Of a DNA stretch of 61,935 nt, positions 60,409 to 61,935 are shown piece by piece. A program made the position numbers and the translations under genes. Positions within the stretch are counted from its first letter, which is position 1. Every line of letters starts with the position of its first letter. The stretch covers positions 1 to 61,935 of the forward strand of contig JAKAVR010000004.1 in NCBI GenBank assembly GCA_021817225.1, given 5' to 3'. Under the pieces are notes generated by a model that did no database searches, was not told where the DNA came from, and saw only the letters and a program-made list of their open reading frames with translations. This DNA comes from Thermoplasmata archaeon. GTDB lineage: Archaea > Thermoplasmatota > Thermoplasmata > Sysuiplasmatales > Sysuiplasmataceae.

Positions 60409-60914
60409 AGACTGTCTTGAAAACGGACGTGTACACATTTTGCTGTAAATTTCAATAAGACACTGTACCTTCCCTTCACCCTTGAGTCATTAGGAGTGAA
60501 TCAGAATGGAAGCACAGGGCATAGAGAACAAGGAAATCAGGGATTTAATAGCTAGCTATCTGGAAGGCAATGAGCAGGGAATGCGTGAACTCATGACATG
60601 GTTTCTCAACCATGTCATGGATCATGAGGCGGAACAGCAGTCCGGTGCAGGCAAGTACGTAAGGGGAAGGGGCAGGAGAGCACACAGGAACGGACACAGG
60701 GAGCGGTCACTCAGCACAAGGCATGGACTCCTTCAGCTGTCCAAGCCGCAGCTGAGGGAGTTCCCCTTCAGGACAAGGGTCTTCGAAACCTATTCCAGGG
60801 TGGAGAATGCGCTCACCAGTGTCATAATGGAATCGTACATACAGGGTGTTGCCACAAGGGATGTGCGCAGTGTTGTGGAAAGCCTGGGTGTGGAGAACAT
60901 ATCGCCATCCACTG
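60409..60914 (+). mobile_element. Second IS256-family fragment, interrupted by an IS3-family element
   Basis: ORF from 60506: RNGHRERSLSTRHG..PQLRE, YIQGVATRDV, ISPSTVS, then similarity ends; IR-like AGACTGTCTTGAAAACGG at about 60409. Confidence 0.8.
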
Positions 60915-61935
60915 TGTCAAGTGACGTGCTTACTATTGATCCGTACAGTGCGCGTGTGGAGTCCAGAGGAGAGGGGAAGGGCTTCCTTGGATCCGCTTTC
61001 TTTCATAATATTACCTCCATATCAGCTGACTTTTCAACAGATTTCCTGAACTCACTAGGCGTCATATATTCGAGCGAGGAGTGCGGCCTTTCCTCATTGT
61101 AATGCCTGACGGCTTTGGATAGCATGAGCTTAGTTTCAGCGAAGCTCATGCTTTCCCGGATGAAGACATAGTCTATCTTGAAATGGCCGTGCAGTGCTTC
61201 CACCATGCCGTTGTCCTCGGGCTTCCTCTTCCTGATTGCCTCGAGCCTTATGCCGAGCAGACCGCATCTTTCCCTGATTGCAGTCGATGTGAACTGGCTG
61301 CCGCCGTCTGTCTTCAGGCGTAGAGCGTCCGCCCTGCCTGAAGGGATTGTGTTTATTACGGCGTCCTCGACAACGGCGAACGCTTCCGCCGCTCCGCACG
61401 ATGCTATGGAATCCCATGCCCTGATGTCCCTGGTGCATGAATCCTCAATCTCAATGAATGCACAGGGGCCGAAATCTATCGTATCTATGTATGTTATGTC
61501 CTCATACTACCGGACGTCAGGAACATCAGAAACGAGATTGCCTGTCTGAGACAGTCTCGGCTTGGGGAAGTGCGTCTCCCTGAGCAGGTGCATTTCACCC
61601 ATTATGCGCCTGACCCTGTTTTGTGCTGATGAATGTGCGCTGTCTTCGCAGCGGCGCCCATATGCGACGGTAGCCGTATGTGATGTTCTCTCCGGCAAAT
61701 GTCCTGATAATGTCCCTCTTCTCCGATTCATCGGTCCTGAGGCGCCTGCAGGGAGCTCGTTTCACATACTGGAATGTCGATCTGGATGTGTGAAGCATGG
61801 AGGCGGCCGAGAGTGCAGTGATCTCTCCCTTGCCTATCATTGCCCTGAACGCCTCCATGATTCGTTTTTTCCCTTTGTGACTGCCTCATTCAGCTCCCTG
61901 AGGCGGTCAATGACGAGCGCCTCCTCTGCAACAAG
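60915..61935 (-). pseudogene. Degraded IS3-family element (rve integrase), continues off-window
   Basis: YGYRRI, (stop)YEDITYI, LKTDGGSQF, PEDNGMVE, YNEERPHSSLEY; frameshift near 61625 and in-frame TAG at 61507-61509; end TGTCAAG at 60915. Confidence 0.85.

Noticed and set aside
61507-61509. In-frame TAG in the IS3 integrase as possible pyrrolysine or readthrough
   Set aside because: The same element also has a frameshift, TAG terminates ordinary genes in this window, and no pyl genes are visible; decay is simpler.
56153-61935. tRNA-Tyr as attachment site for an integrated island
   Set aside because: The tRNA 3' end faces away from the IS region, and no tRNA-end duplication or tyrosine integrase was seen.
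1-61935. CRISPR array, SRP RNA, RNase P RNA, 16S/23S rRNA
   Set aside because: No regularly spaced repeats or recognisable signatures were seen by eye.

Overview
Archaeal chromosomal segment, most consistent with Thermoplasmatota (stand-alone 5S rRNA, split transketolase plus transaldolase, PPDK, Alba, PCNA, TFS, RadA, ArcS, GGGP/DGGGP synthases, TATA promoters). About 1-56 kb is mostly core genome: a MoxR/DUF58/membrane/ABC cluster, a second AAA+/VWA pair, a Dpp/Opp transporter, and central, nucleotide, lipid and tRNA-modification genes. An intron-containing tRNA-Tyr follows, then an IS-rich tail (SWIM-DDE transposase, two IS256 fragments, a degraded IS3-family element). Best signals: (1) the 5S rRNA gene carries a ~98-nt highly structured insertion in helix V (~222 nt total); (2) the AAA+ and VWA genes are joined by an A9 slippery run with an open -1 frame, suggesting recoding that yields both AAA+ and AAA+-VWA; (3) pyrI appears to start at CTG; (4) a degenerate ABC ATPase, large insertions in DppD/DppF, an orphan diiron protein, and a SWIM-DDE element with multi-motif ends. 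All calls come from motif reading; no searches were run.
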